Source: Eledone cirrhosa
Lineage: Eukaryota
Length of the DNA: 64,000 nt
Assembly (NCBI GenBank): GCA_964016885.1
Contig: OZ024746.1
Location: forward strand, 50,592,001-50,656,000
Reading direction: 5' to 3'
Within the stretch, counting starts at the first letter, position 1, and each line of letters starts with the position of its first letter. The notes beneath the pieces were generated by a model that did no database searches, was not told the DNA's origin, and saw only the letters and a list, made by a program, of their open reading frames with translations. Position numbers and translations under genes: made by a program. This document shows, piece by piece, positions 38,423 to 52,340 of the stretch.

Positions 38423-39211
38423 ATTTTTATATTATATATAGAATTATAAAAATATTATTAAAAACACTGTAGTGACCTACATTCCGCGGGCTCACATACA
38501 TTCTCTGTGCGTGATTTGGCTCATTCAGCCAATCAGCGCCAGTAGAAGAGGATGTATCCCTACGCGCCCTGAGGAAGAAATTCCCCGCGAAGATTTGAAG
38601 AATCTCTCTCTTGTACCAGGAACTTCGAACCAGCAACACGCATAATGTAACGGTGAGATTTTGCACCCTAGCCTCGCCGGCTTTCCGGCGCAATGGCACA
38701 TTCCCTTTTGTAACCTCTTTTTATATGTAACTTCAACCATATAAGTTAACAAACATTGTTTGTGCTACATCAAAAATAAACATACATTTCATCTCTAATT
38801 TCTGCTGTTGAAATCATTATTATGTTACTCGTGTCTCAATAACATCTATAATCCATGCTGCTGGAATTGGCGACCTGACGAAAGGAATATTGTAAATACA
38901 AAGATGGTAAATAGATCGAGGGACCTTCCCTCACATCTATGTCGACAAGACAATCCAACGAGGATACCATCATTTTACCACACTGGCGACCACGACTAAT
39001 CATATTGCTAAAACACCTTAATGCAGATGAGTGGGAATAGCTTTCATTGCGTAACACTTACACGTGTTTCATCATATGTATTACATATAGGTCTTGGACC
39101 GGTAATTTTTGATTATTTCATTATATAATTAAATTTAATTCAAATTCACCGACTTATATATGAAGTTTAAATGAATTTTTAAATTGAATTACAAATTGGA
39201 ATTTGATTAAT

Positions 39212-39242
<31 letters not shown>

Positions 39243-39318
39243 GTTAATAGACAATTCTGTAGTATGAGCTGTCCTCTTGCTCCCATTACTCACTGAACCA
39301 TTTCTTTTCCTTGTTCAG

Positions 39319-39494
39319 ATTGTTGGAACCAAGAACCACACGAAAGACCATCTTTCTGCGAAATCTTGAAACAGTTGGAAGAGATAGCTTCCTCATCTTT
39401 CATGACCACCCCTCAAGACTCATTCCATACAATGCAAGAAGACTGGCGCCAGGAGATAGAGCACATGTTTGATGAACTCCGGAGTAAAGAGAAG
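39319..39494 (+). CDS. MAP3K9: MLK exon: kinase subdomain XI and start of leucine zipper
   Basis: ttccttgttcag|AT ... AAG|gtatgt; (H)CWNQEPHERPSFCEILKQLEEIASSSFMTTPQDSFHTMQEDWRQEIEHMFDELRSKEK. Confidence 0.92.
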
Positions 39495-39508
39495 GTATGT
39501 GGCTAGTG

Positions 39509-39566
<58 letters not shown>

Positions 39567-39763
39567 GTGAACAAGATGTCGTTTTGGGTTACCTTAGTTC
39601 AGGTTAATCAGTACCGAGGAGTATTTCAGCGTATGGTAGTAGTTGACTCAACAAGATGTTTACTTAGGTTGTTCGAAGGGTAGTGCCCGGAAGGTTCCGC
39701 GATCAGTAGTTCTTGGAGTAATTATAACAGGTAAAAAGACTATGTTAATCCTCTTTTTACCTG

Positions 39764-39820
<57 letters not shown>

Positions 39821-40593
39821 AAAACAGTCAGGACCCTGACGATTGAGCTCCGCCTGTTTTGACACCTAAATCTGAACTAGATTGGATCTAGTTGTCTGTT
39901 GAAACGCCCGGAGCTCAGCTGTCGGGACCCCGACTCTTTTCTTATTACCCACTCTACTACCTTAAGTATTGAATACTCTGGTGCATTATGGTCCACCTGG
40001 TTTCTTACCACACCCTCATTGGTATATATATAAATCATCATCGTCATCATCATTTTAGGTCCGTGAAGGGCAGTGACTATGGCCCTTTTCAGAGCCTCCA
40101 AGACTGCTGGCAGGGGTGGGGTAGTGCTTATGACCCGTTTCTGGGCCTCTAAAACTAATAGGAGGGATGGGCAGTGACTGACTCTTTTCAGGGCCTTTGA
40201 GACTGGTGGGAGTTCTGTGTGGTCTCAGGTGGTGTTGTGATGTTGTAGTGTTGTTGGGTAGAGATGTGTCTGGACTGGTGTTGGTGTAACAGTGTTGTTA
40301 AGATGGCATTGTAGGTATTGTGGCTGCGTTGTGGAATGTAGATGTGTCTTGACTGTGTAGTAAAAATATGACAGTAGTGGTGGTAGTTGTGGTGTTGTTA
40401 ACAAAACTGACTGAGAGCTGTATTATGTTGTGTCCTTGAGAGAGTTGGTTAGATGTGGAACATGAAGATTTGAACCTATGTCCCCTCACATCATAAGCCA
40501 CACCATACAATGGATTATTGACATATTTTAACATCATATCTCTTCTTTCTCTTTTCTTTTGTGTGATTGTGTGTATTTGTGCATTTTCATGTA

Positions 40594-40633
<40 letters not shown>

Positions 40634-40789
40634 TGCCAATGCATGCGTGTGTGTATGTTGATGTATATATTTATGTGTATGTGGTGGTGTGTATGTCTGT
40701 ATTATTGGGGTGAATTATGCATGTATGTGGGAATGTTTGTCTGTGGGCTTGTGTGTATGCATACCTGTATGTATGTATGTGTGTGTGTA

Positions 40790-41020
40790 TACGCTTGCCT
40801 GTATGTATGTATGTGTGTGTGTGTGTGTATATGCTTGCCTGTATGTGTGTGCGTATGCTTGCCTGTATGTGTGTATGTATGCTTGCCTGTACGTGTGTGT
40901 GTATGCTTGCCTGTATGTGTGTGTCTATGCTTGCCTGTATGTGTGTGCGTATGCTTGTCTATGTGTGTGCATATGCTTGCCTGTATGTGTGTGTGTATGC
41001 TTGCTTGTACGTGTGTGTGT
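40790..41020. repeat. ~22-bp minisatellite (GTATGCTTGCCTGTATGTGTGT)n
   Basis: About ten units read directly, ending at an MLK splice acceptor. Confidence 0.9.
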
Positions 41021-41025
41021 TATAG

Positions 41026-41266
41026 GAGCTGCGATGCCGTGAAGAGGAGCTGACCAAGGCGGCTCTGCAACAGAAGATACAGGAGGAGCTGTTAAAGAAA
41101 CGAGAGCAGGAACTGGCTGAACGTGAGATTGACCTTGTCCAAAGGGAGTTAAGTGTCTTGTTTATACAACAGGACATTAACAAACCAACACCAAAGAGGA
41201 GGAAAGACAAGTTCCGAATGTTTCGACCGAAAGAATCGGGTGGAAAATCTATCAGCGTGCCATCAA
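41026..41266 (+). CDS. MAP3K9: MLK exon: leucine zippers, basic region, first half of CRIB motif
   Basis: tatag|GAG ... A|gtaagt; ELRCREEELTKAALQQKIQEELLKKREQELAEREIDLVQRELSVLFIQQDINKPTPKRRKDKF...ISVPS; phase 0 join with previous exon. Confidence 0.9.
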
Positions 41267-42998
41267 GTAAGTCCTTTTTGTTTAACCCTAGGTCAATCCT
41301 CACTGATCACATCTCTGACCAATTTCAGGCGTAACCATCCTGACTTTTTGTATAGTATAATATAGTTTTTGTTTTTGTTTAGCCTAAGTCAGTTCTTTTG
41401 TTCATATTTATGTATATTAAGTGTGTGAATATATAGTCGTAGGCCCCTTTCAGTCACGAATTACAGTTTTGCATCTAGATGCAAAACTGTAATTCGTGAC
41501 TGAAAGTCCCTCCTCTGAGGCACAAGGCTGGGCAAGGTCTGTTTCTGGAAGACCAGCAGTTGCCCATACATACCAGTCTTCCTTCTCCACGCCACCAATG
41601 TTGTCCAAGGGAAAGGCAATGGCTGATACAACTTGCTTGGCACCAGTGACGTTGCAACTCATTTCTACAGCTGAGTTAACTGGAGCTACGTGAAATAAAG
41701 TGTTTTGCTCAAGAACACAACGCACTGGCTGGTTCAAGATTTGAACTCACAATCTTGCGATTGTAAGCTCAACAGTCTAATCATTAAACTATGCATCTTC
41801 ACAATGTGTGAATATTTGTCTAAATAATGTGTATGTATATAAAATTACATATATTTATATATATGTGCATGTATATATGTATACATTTCAGAATATATGC
41901 ATTATTTACATGTGTGTATACATAGTTACTTATACTTTACATTTACATTACATATATATGTACTACGAGAGGTACCCAGCAATGCTTGGGTATTTTATGA
42001 AAATTACACTATATTTTGGCACATATTACAAAATGTTTGACCAATAAAATAGGATTACAGTATTTTCACTAAAGTAAGAGTTATAGCTGAAATTTCATTG
42101 TAACTTATTCAATGCAAAGCATCTAGAACATTTTTTTAGTAGTTTTCTCCAATGGTGTTGTTTTAATTACCACTTCCTTTTGCAATCAGCATATATAATG
42201 CTTCACCCATAGGTGTGTTGCCAGTGAAAAATGGAGGATCAAAAAATAAATTTGGAACTTTTTTGCACAATCAGAAACTCCAAAATTCAAAACAAAACAC
42301 CTGAAGGCTATGTTGAAAACCACAAATAAAATATAATAAAAACTAAAGTTAGCATTTATGAAGCATTTACTTATTCATTTCTGTAATTCAGGAAAGTGTA
42401 TTTAGATTAACTTTCACCCACCTTTGTCTCTAAGGAGGTAGGATTGTGTTTGAGGGAGATTTTTCTGTTTCTATCAGGTACAACAACAATTATAGTGGCT
42501 TCCATGGCATACATACACACACACACGTATGTATGTGTATATGACAGTTGGCTGTGATTAGAGGAGGATTTTTTACTAATATTTCTTTCCTTTTTGCTTC
42601 ATACATATATACATACATGAGACAGTAGGGTGTAATTTGAAGGAAAGTTTAACTATTGTTTCTAACAAGTCTAGCTAACACACAAATATCTTACTAATGC
42701 TACTTTATATAACCGAGGTATCCAGTGATACTTGCGTATTCTTCCAAAGTAACATTATGCAATAAAGTTGTGACTTCAGAAGTCCTTACAAACTATATGA
42801 CTAGGGAATTAGAATCTATGTGTATTGTCATTGATGTAGGAATTACAATATTATGTTGTTCATATACTTTTACATTCCTAAGCCTCTGGATAAATAAAAT
42901 TCTTGGTTTTGCCCTGTGATGCTACAATGAAGAGACAATAAGTGTTTCCAATCCTTGTAGTACCAAAGACAGGATATATTATGTTCAACCCAATGACT

Positions 42999-43708
42999 TT
43001 AACCTTTTAGTGTTCAAATCGCCCGAAACCAGCCGAAATTATTTCCCCTTCATTTGTTCAAACCACCCAAAACCGGTCGATAACACCCACACTAAAATAT
43101 TGTTCTAAAAATAAACAAACCATCATTAAAATTTTGTCAATTCGAGATTACTGTGAGATTAGGCCCTTACCACAAAAAATAACACTTAATATAGTGAAAC
43201 AACTTAAAACAACATGTGTTTTTTTAACGTTGAAAGTAGAACAGATTTTTTGTGTATCAACATGGCTTGTGAAAGTAGCAATACCGACTTTGAAGGTTTT
43301 ACACACGATGACATTCAGAATGAACAAGAAACAAAAGATAATATTACTGATTTATCTTCAAATGAATCAGATGTTTACATTTCTGAAATTTCATCCGACG
43401 ATGATTGTTGTTTTGAAAGTGAAAACGAAGGAGATCTCCAGGACGCCATTGAAAATATTACCTGCACATAGAAAATTAAGAAAATTACAAACAAATAAAA
43501 TTGATAACCCTCTTGAGTATGATTAACTCAAAATAATTGTTTCTACTTTTGGCACAAGGCCAGCAATTACCCAGTGCATTACTGGTACTTTATTTTATCG
43601 ACCCCGTAAGGATGAAAGGAAAAGTTAACCTCGGCGGGATTTGAACTCAAAATAATGCAAACAGATAAGCATGACATTTGAAAATTAATGCGAATGCTAA
43701 AGGGTTAA
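42999..43708 (+). mobile_element. Internally deleted piggyBac-type element with an S1 SINE fragment inside
   Basis: TTAA-CCTTTTAG ... CTAAAGGG-TTAA; acidic ORF (DFEGF..SSDDD) resembling a piggyBac transposase N-terminus. Confidence 0.65.
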
Positions 43709-43859
43709 GTGATTGCTCTTGAGATTTATTGATGGCCATGGTCAAACTGAGCCTGATAGCAAATTGAAGCCTATGAAATTCAAATAGCAAATCAGTTGGC
43801 TTCAGAGATATTCTGGGAATGAAACAATTGTCACCAGCAAATTTTCATGACATGATTGC

Positions 43860-45600
43860 AACTTCTAGGACATGGGACATAATTTTTTGATGATGAATCT
43901 TGTGACATTGGAAAGTTTTGGAGGATCTAGATCACAAAGTAGTGTAACCAATGTTCCAAGCTTCAATATCAGGTTGTGTGGAGGAATTCCTGCCAGTTCA
44001 AAGCTGTTGAAAAATTCAGTTGGATAGTTTACAACCTGGTCCTGGGAAGTGACTGTGTCTATTGAGTTGTAGCATCCTTTCTCTTCCCAAAACATGTCCA
44101 GTAGTCTTCTGTTGATTTATTTCACAGTAACCTTTTTCGGTGCTAAGATTACTCATCTACAGAGCCATTTGGGATCACAATGTTTGGAAAATTTTGGCAA
44201 TCAGTTCTTGTTCTGTTTCAATCATAAGGCCAAATGGCAACTGAATCAGGTCATTAAAGTCCTTTTCAAGAAGTCCATTTCCCAAGTGCACTTACATACT
44301 GGCTGTAAGGCTTGTTCACTGAAGGTGGGGCCAGGAATAGAATGTTTCCAGACAAGCATTGATCTGATTAACTCGAGTCCTTCAAGGAATTACAAGCAGA
44401 GTTTGTCTGAAATCACCAGCAAGAACCAGTGTCACTCCTCCCATCATGCAAGTATTATGTCTCAGATCCCTTACTGCCTGGTCCAAGGTTTCAATTACTT
44501 GTTTATGCCTCAAGGTGTCTTCACCCCAAATGATCATCTTGCATGTTTGCAGGAGCTTGCCGTTGGGTGAGTTTTTCTTGATGTTGCAAACAGGTTGTTC
44601 ATGCCGTGTGAGGTCTATGGGCAGCTTAAACATGGAGTGTGCAGTTCTTCTTTGATCCAGAAGTGTTGCTGCAATGCCACATGAAGCCACAGCAAGGGCA
44701 ATATGTTGCCTTTGCCAAACTTTTGCAGCCTGAAAGTTTGATGAATGTCTTACCTGTGCCAGCAAAAGCACCGATAAAGAAATAATTTTTCTGTTTCAAT
44801 TTTGGCATACATGTTCACCATGAACTGGTTGGTTACTTCTTTGAATCACAGAACTTGGTTGAATTGGTCCTGTACCTTGAAATGATAGTCATAAAATTTT
44901 TTGCAGCTGATTGATCGGCCAGTTTCTTGCCCTGTTCCTGGGTTGATCTGCAATAGCCGAAAATGATATCATTCTTGATTGTTCAAAACGATGAGTGGGT
45001 ATTTGAGTGAGTCATAGGCCCTATGAGTTTCACATATTCATTCTGAATGTCCCCTTCATTTTTGCATTATTATTTTAAGGTTGACTTTACCTTTTGAACA
45101 ACATAGACATGATGTTTCTGTTACCTACTTCTTGGCACCACAATGCTGGCAGCATTTGTTCATTTTTACCAATGTTGATTTGTGGATTGTTGTTGTAGTC
45201 TTTTTGGAGGTCATAAGAAAAAAGCACCCATCAGCCAGTTCATATGTTTTGTGATTAGTGCTCCTGCTGGGATAGTAGAATGATGTTTGATCGGCATTTC
45301 GTCTAATTTGCCACTGATCCTCAATTTGTTGTTTTCGTGGAACAGCAGTCCTTTGTCTTTTCCCCTCCAAATGGTACTGTCAGTCTATTACTAATTCCTG
45401 TGCTTGTGTTAAAGATATTTGGGTTCTGTTAGCAGCTAGACAGGCTTGTCCAGTTTCTTCACTTTCTTCAGATCGCTGTGCTTTCTTTCTCATGGACTCC
45501 GAAGAGGACCTTCTATATAATGATCTGGAAAGTTTCGGAGACATTTGAAGTGATTTTACACACCACACTCTCTCCAAAATAGAAGCAACTATAAATATAT
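43860..45600 (-). mobile_element. Degenerate Helitron (Rep/PIF1 helicase remnants)
   Basis: AGTGKTF, AVASCGIAATLL..RTAHSMFKLP, VLAGDFRQTL, YPTEFFNS..GIPPHNLILK, and N-terminal CQHCGAKK; frameshifted. Confidence 0.88.
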
Positions 45601-46292
45601 ATTGGCAGTTCACGCTGTAATGTTGTTGAAATGAACTGTTTATCTGACAATATATACTGAATGTATATTCTTGATTTTGCTAGTGGTAAAATGAAGAGAC
45701 AATCAGTGTTTCTAACTGGTGTAGTATCAACATAAAGCTGACTGTCATAAAATATACATCATCTGCTTTATATAACTTGAGAGAAGGAGAGAGTTAAAGA
45801 ACACACACACACACGTTTGTGTGTTTGATTTACCCTACCACATTAATTGTAAATAAATATATTCATGAGAGATAATTGTGATGGAGAGAGAAAGAGAGAG
45901 GAGTAATGTGAGGTAGAGAAGAAAGGGGACGGTTAAAGAGTGAGTAAAAAATTTGCCCCTGCTTCAGTTTCCTCTTTAATTCTATGTCTCTTTCCCGTTC
46001 TCTCAATTTTTCTCGCGTTCTCTCACGTTTTCTTTTTCTTTCTCACTTTTATTTTTTTATTTTTCCCATTCTATTTCTATTTCTTCTCTCACTCTCTCTC
46101 TGGAATGGAGAAAGATAAAACAAAATGACTGGGTTTTTCAATATGCATACAGAAATATGTACTATTAAATTTAAATGGACTGCTTGTTTTGTAAAACAAA
46201 ACAACTGTTACATTACTTGTCCAGTGATGTTGTGAATATCTATCTATCTATATATCATCATCATCGTTTAACGTCCATCTTCCACGCTTGCA

Positions 46293-46323
<31 letters not shown>

Positions 46324-47700
46324 ATTGCAAATGTGGTTGGCATTAGGAAGGGCATCCAGCTGTAGAAACCAAGCCAAAATCAGCCACATGTTAGTGAAAT
46401 ACGAATTTCCGACCTGATCTCTCCCCAAGGGACAGCCCGTCCTACCCATGCTAGCGTGGAAAATGGACAAAACAATGATGATGATGATGATATATGCAAT
46501 TTTGTGAGTGTCTGTTTGTGAATTTCTGAGTTTTAGGCAGACACACAAAATCAAGAACTTACATTTATATATAAGATGTACATGTATATCTATCTGTCTT
46601 GCTGTCTGTTTTACTGTCTGTCTGCCTCTCTGTGTGTGCATATGTCTCTGTTTGTTTGTTAGTGCTGGTATCACGATAAATGCCACATCCAGCATTCTAT
46701 GAAAAGTGGATGGTATCAGGGAATGTATCAAGCTGTAGAAGCCATGCTAAAACTGGAACGTATGTGAGACATTTCTGCTAGTACATATATATGTATACGT
46801 ATACATATTCTCACACATGCATACACACACACACACACTCACATGTGTGTACACACACACACACACACACTTTCTCTCTCTTGGTGCCATGAAAAAAGCG
46901 TCCAGTATTTGTGAAATAGCCTAACTTGAGTGGGGGTAATGCTGGTTTCAGAAAAGTAGTTCCCAGTCCACACTGTAAGGTGGTTGGCATTAGGAAGGGC
47001 ATCCAGCTGTTGAAAACAAAGCCCCAAATGGATCATATGAGCAAGATTTGGTCACCTGACATGTCAGGCCTTATAAGGTGACAGTCCCTCTAACCCATGT
47101 GACATGCAAAATAGATGTTAAATGGTGATGATGATGGTTCCAATGACAAGTGTTCCAGTTTGAAGAACAGAACATGCTACTCATGAAATAAACATGCAAG
47201 TGACTGAGTATTCGACAGACACACTTCTTGAACCCTTTAGCATTTGTATATATTACTCTATATTTACTATTATATTTTCACATTAAAGGCTTTATCTCAC
47301 ACAATATCAAATCTATGAGATTTTGATATTATTTAGTTTGAGAACAATACCTTAATGTCAGTATGAGCAGTTGGTTACAGCCAGTTTGAACAGAAAGAGG
47401 TGAGATAATTCTGGCCGGATACGTCCGGTTTGAATGCTGAAGTGTTAATGTAATTCTCAGGTAGATTCAACATGACACAAAGTGTGACATGGCTGGCCTG
47501 CCTCTTGATATACAGATACAACTCATTTTTGCCAGCTGGGTAGGCTGGAACAATGTGAAATAAAGTATCTTTGTCAAAGATATAATGCACCATCAAGAAC
47601 CAAACTCATGACCTTACAATCATGAGCTGAATACCCAAACCAGCTGTGCACCTTCACATTATATGTACATGTGTGTGTTTATTTTCTTTGTAATGTGCAG

Positions 47701-47823
47701 ACTTCCAGCATAAGATCACAGTGCAACAAGAACAGTCATCCTACAATCCCTGCTATTCCAGTCCTGACAGTCCACCTATGCAGTCGCAGGCAGCTGCACC
47801 ACCGAGACTGCGCGCCATTGCAT
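47701..47823 (+). CDS. MAP3K9: MLK exon: second half of CRIB motif
   Basis: gtgcag|AC ... T|gtaagt; (N)FQHKITVQQEQSSYNPCYSSPDSPPMQSQAAAPPRLRAIA; spliced CRIB reads ISVPSNFQHKITV. Confidence 0.9.
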
Positions 47824-48584
47824 GTAAGTCTGTTTGCCTTTTGGGATTCAGTGCCTGCGAGTGCAGGTTTTGCATGCATGTGTGTGTGCCTGTATTTGAG
47901 GGGTGTGTGTGTGTGTGTGTGTGTGTGTGAGTGCATGTGTGTGTGTCTGTATGAGGGTTGTGTGCATGTGTGTGGGAATGTGCCTGGTATTTGGTATGTA
48001 TGAGTGAGATGTGTGTGTGTTACATGGTGTTACAAATGTAATAATGTTGTAATGGTGATATAACATGGTGTATTACATATATAAGACTAATGTGATGGTG
48101 TTAAATGATGTTACATGTGACAGTGAGGTAATACACGTGTGACAGTGAGGTAATGGTACTGCTACAAGTGACTGAGATAATGGTTGTGTTATTTGGAGTT
48201 ACACATGTGACAGTGAGATAGTGGTTGCATTACACATGTGACAGTGAGATAGTGGTCGCGTTACACATGTGACAGTGAGATAGTGGTTGCATTACACATG
48301 TGACAGTGAAGGAATGGTTGTGTTACATGGTGTATTATACATGTGAGTGTGTTGTGACCTAATGATAAAGTATGTTGGCCTTGTACCAGTGGTGTGTAGT
48401 TTGAGAGTGTTGAAATAATATTAGTGCATGGCATGTTTTCATGTTGTGACACCACAGCAGTGCCTGTGATGCATGGTGTAACAATGTAACACTAATATTG
48501 TGTATAGCATGTTATATTCATTCATGTTCTTATAGAACTAATTGTAATTATTCACGTCACAAATAAATAAAAAAAAACAGTTGA

Positions 48585-51390
48585 AACACAAACTCTAGAT
48601 ACACTCACACACATATATACAAACTCTAGATACACTCATACACATATATATATATATAAACTCTACATACACTCATACACACATATACAAACTCTAGATA
48701 TACTCACAACACACATATACAAACTCTAGATACACTCACACACATATATACATACTCACAACACACACACACATATATACAAACTCTAGATACGCTCACA
48801 CATATATATACAAACTCTAGATACACTCACACATATATATACAAACTCTAGATACACACACATATATATATATATACAAACTCTAGATACACTCACACAT
48901 ACATATACAATCTCTAGATACACTCATACACACATATATACAAACTCTAGATACACACACATCATCATCATCATCATCAGGTTTAGCGTCCGTGTTCCAC
49001 GCTTGCATGGGTTTGGACGGGGGTTTTCCCACTTGAGGCAAGAGTGGTTGTCTTGCTCGCATAGGACTGTCTGGCGGGTTTTCTACAGTTGGATGCCCTT
49101 CCTAACACCAACCACATTTACAGTGTGGGGCTGGGAGGTTTTTACCGTGTTGCCTACACGGCCACATTACAGCGTGGACTGTCTGGCTGGTTTTCTACAG
49201 CTGGATGCCCTTCCTAACACCAACCACATTTACAGTGTGGGGCTGGGAGGTTTTTACCGTGTTGCCTACACGGCCACATTTACAGCGTGGACTGTGTGTT
49301 TTTTGTCGTGACACCTACACGATCTCATTTGTTTCGGCCTGGATGTTGTGGGACCAACATAACTTTACATTGAAAGGGGCGGTGTGGGTGGGGTGGAGGT
49401 GGTGGGACGGGGGTGTGTTTTGATAGAGGTGCCTACTGACTGTAGTAGGTTTTTACTTTGTATTTAGGTAAGGCGGGTCTTCTCTATTACTGAGTACCGC
49501 CAAAGGTCTCGGTCCAGTGACATTGTCTTGGAGAGGTGTAAGCGTGTGAGGTCGGAATTTATCAGCTCGTCCCATGTTTTTCTGGGTCTGCCTACTCCGT
49601 GGCTACCGTCTATCTTTATTGCCCTGCACTTTGTTATACAGCTGTCGTCTTTCATGCGCATCACGTGACCGTACCAACGTAGCCTTCTCTCGAGTAAACA
49701 ACATCTGATCCCTCTTATTTCTAATTTTTTCCTTAGTTCGTTTATGCTTTGCCGTTCACGTATATTACTATTGCACATATATATATATATACAAACTCTA
49801 GATACACTCACACATATATATACAAACTCTAGATACACTCATACACACATATATACAATCTCTAGATACACACACATATATATATATATACAAACTCTAG
49901 ATACACTCACACATATATATACAAACTCTAGATACACTCATACACACATATATACAATCTCTAGATACACTCAGACATATATACAATCTCTAGATACACT
50001 CTCACACACATACAATCTCTAGATATACTCACACACATATACAATCTCTAGATATACTCACACACATATACAATCTCTAGATATACTCACGCACATATAC
50101 AATCTCTAGATATACTCACACACATATACAATCTCTAGTTATACTCACACACATATACAATCTCTAGATATACTCACACACATATACAATCTCTAGATAT
50201 ACTCACACACATATACAATCTCTAGATATACTCACACACATATACAATCTCTAGATATACTCACACACATATACAATCTCTAGATACACTCACACACATA
50301 TACAATCTCTAGATACACTCACACACATATACAATCTCTAGATATACTCACACACATATACAATCTCTAGATATACTCACACACATATACAATCTCTAGA
50401 TATACTCACAGACATATATACAATCTCTAGATACACTCACACACATATACAATCTCTAGATACACTCACACACATATACAATCTCTAGATATACTCACAC
50501 ACATATACAATCTCTAGATATACTCACAGACATATATACAATCTCTAGATACACTCACACACATATACAATCTCTAGATATACTCACACACATATATACA
50601 ATCTCTAGATACACTCACACACATATACAATCTCTAGATATACTCACATACATATACAATCTCTAGATATACTCACAGACATATATACAATCTCTAGATA
50701 CACTCACACACATATACAATCTCTAGATATACTCACACACATATACAATCTCTAGATATACTCACAGACATATATACAATCTCTAGATACACTCACACAC
50801 ATATACAATCTCTAGATACACTCACACACATATACAATCTCTAGATATACTCACACACATATACAATCTCTAGATACACTCACAGACATATATACAATCT
50901 CTAGATACACTCACACATATATACAATCTCTAGATACACTCACACACATATATACAATCTCTAGATACACTCACACATATATACAATCTCTAGATACACT
51001 CACATATATACAATCTCTAGATACACTCACACACATATACAATCTCTATATATACTCACACACATATACAATCTCTAGATATACTCACAGACATATATAC
51101 AATCTCTAGATACACTCACACACATATACAATCTCTAGATACACTCACACACATATACAATCTCTAGATATACTCACACACATATACAATCTCTAGATAC
51201 ACTCACAGACATATATACAATCTCTAGATACACTCACACATATATACAATCTCTAGATACACTCACACACATATATACAATCTCTAGATACACTCACACA
51301 TATATACAATCTCTAGATACACTCACACACATATATACAATCTCTAGATACACTCACATACATATACAATCTTTAGCTACACTGACACAC
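48585..51390. repeat. ~26-28-bp minisatellite (ATATACAATCTCTAGATACACTCACACAC)n interrupted by an RTE fragment
   Basis: Dozens of units each with a TCTAGA core. Confidence 0.95.
48961..49775 (-). mobile_element. RTE family A 3' fragment with a duplicated 3' UTR segment
   Basis: RRLRWYGHVMRM..VIEKTRLT and (GAT)n tail. Confidence 0.92.
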
Positions 51391-51814
51391 ATATACACAC
51401 AATTTTTTTACCCTTTAACATTTACATTACTCTATATTTACTATTGTATTTTCATGGTAAACACTTTATATCACATAATTATCTCGCATAATATCGAATC
51501 TACAAGATTTTGATATTATTTATTTAACCCTTTAGCATTTAAACTGGCCATATCCGGCCAGAATTCTCTCACCTCTTAGTGTTCACACTGGCTGTGTCCA
51601 GCCACTGATATTGATGTTAAGGTATTCTTCTCAAAATAAGTAATATAAAAATCTCATAGATTCGATATTATGTGAGATAAATAGTTGATATAGAATAATG
51701 TAAATGCTAAAGGGTTAACATTAGTATGAGCAGCCAGTTTGAACAAAAAGAGGTGGGAGAATTCTGGCCGGATACGGCTGGTTTAAATGCTAAAGTGTTA
51801 AAGTTTGAGTCAGC

Positions 51815-51965
51815 GACCTGTTACTTTACAGTTTCATCTGTGTGTTTATAGGGTTATCAGGCAGGATTTGTCTGATGACCCTATAAACATACATGTGAAT
51901 CCTCTGAGTAACAGGTCTCCGACACGATCTTAATAAAATTATTAATCTGTTGTGATATTGAGTAC
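51815..51965. mobile_element. Fold-back element with degenerate hammerheads (relative of the 10014-10174 element)
   Basis: GATTTGT-CTGATGA..GAAT..GAGTA-ACAGGTC on +; CTGATAA..GAAA-CTGTAAAG-TA on -; ATATTGAGTAC downstream. Confidence 0.65.
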
Positions 51966-52084
51966 ACATTTTCACAACCAACAACACTAAACTGATATAC
52001 TTAAACATACATTATATATAAATAGTGTACATATTTTAATATATATCGGTATACATATATTGTGTGCATATATATATATATAAA

Positions 52085-52260
52085 TTTAATATAAAAATGG
52101 CTTCTACATGACTAGAACTGTTTCATTCGAAAGAATGATGATTTCTTTTGAATGAAACTGTTTAAGTCCTGTAGAAGCCATTTCTATATTAAATTCTCTA
52201 TATACTCTTAATGTATTGAGTACTTCACTTACTTGGGTTACCCCTGATTAAACCCAGGAC
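52085..52260 (+). mobile_element. Fold-back element of the 38250-38433 family, junction inside the hammerhead core
   Basis: Mirrored AAATGGCTTCTAC..TGTTTCATTC arms; tail GTATTGAGTACTTCACTTAC..GTTACCCCTGATT matches 38250-38295 on the minus strand. Confidence 0.75.
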
Positions 52261-52262
52261 TC

Positions 52263-52339
<77 letters not shown>

Positions 52340-52340
52340 C

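Noticed and set aside
39056-39100. Further hammerhead candidates (GAAACACGTGTA on minus here; also near 13715-13748, 35826-35862 and 54325-54375)
   Set aside because: Only one core half or poor stems; too degenerate to call.
43860-44810. Host PIF1 helicase gene
   Set aside because: Frameshifted, intronless and linked to a Helitron-type N-terminal zinc-finger remnant.
48585-51390. CRISPR-like array
   Set aside because: No unique spacers and eukaryotic context; a plain minisatellite.
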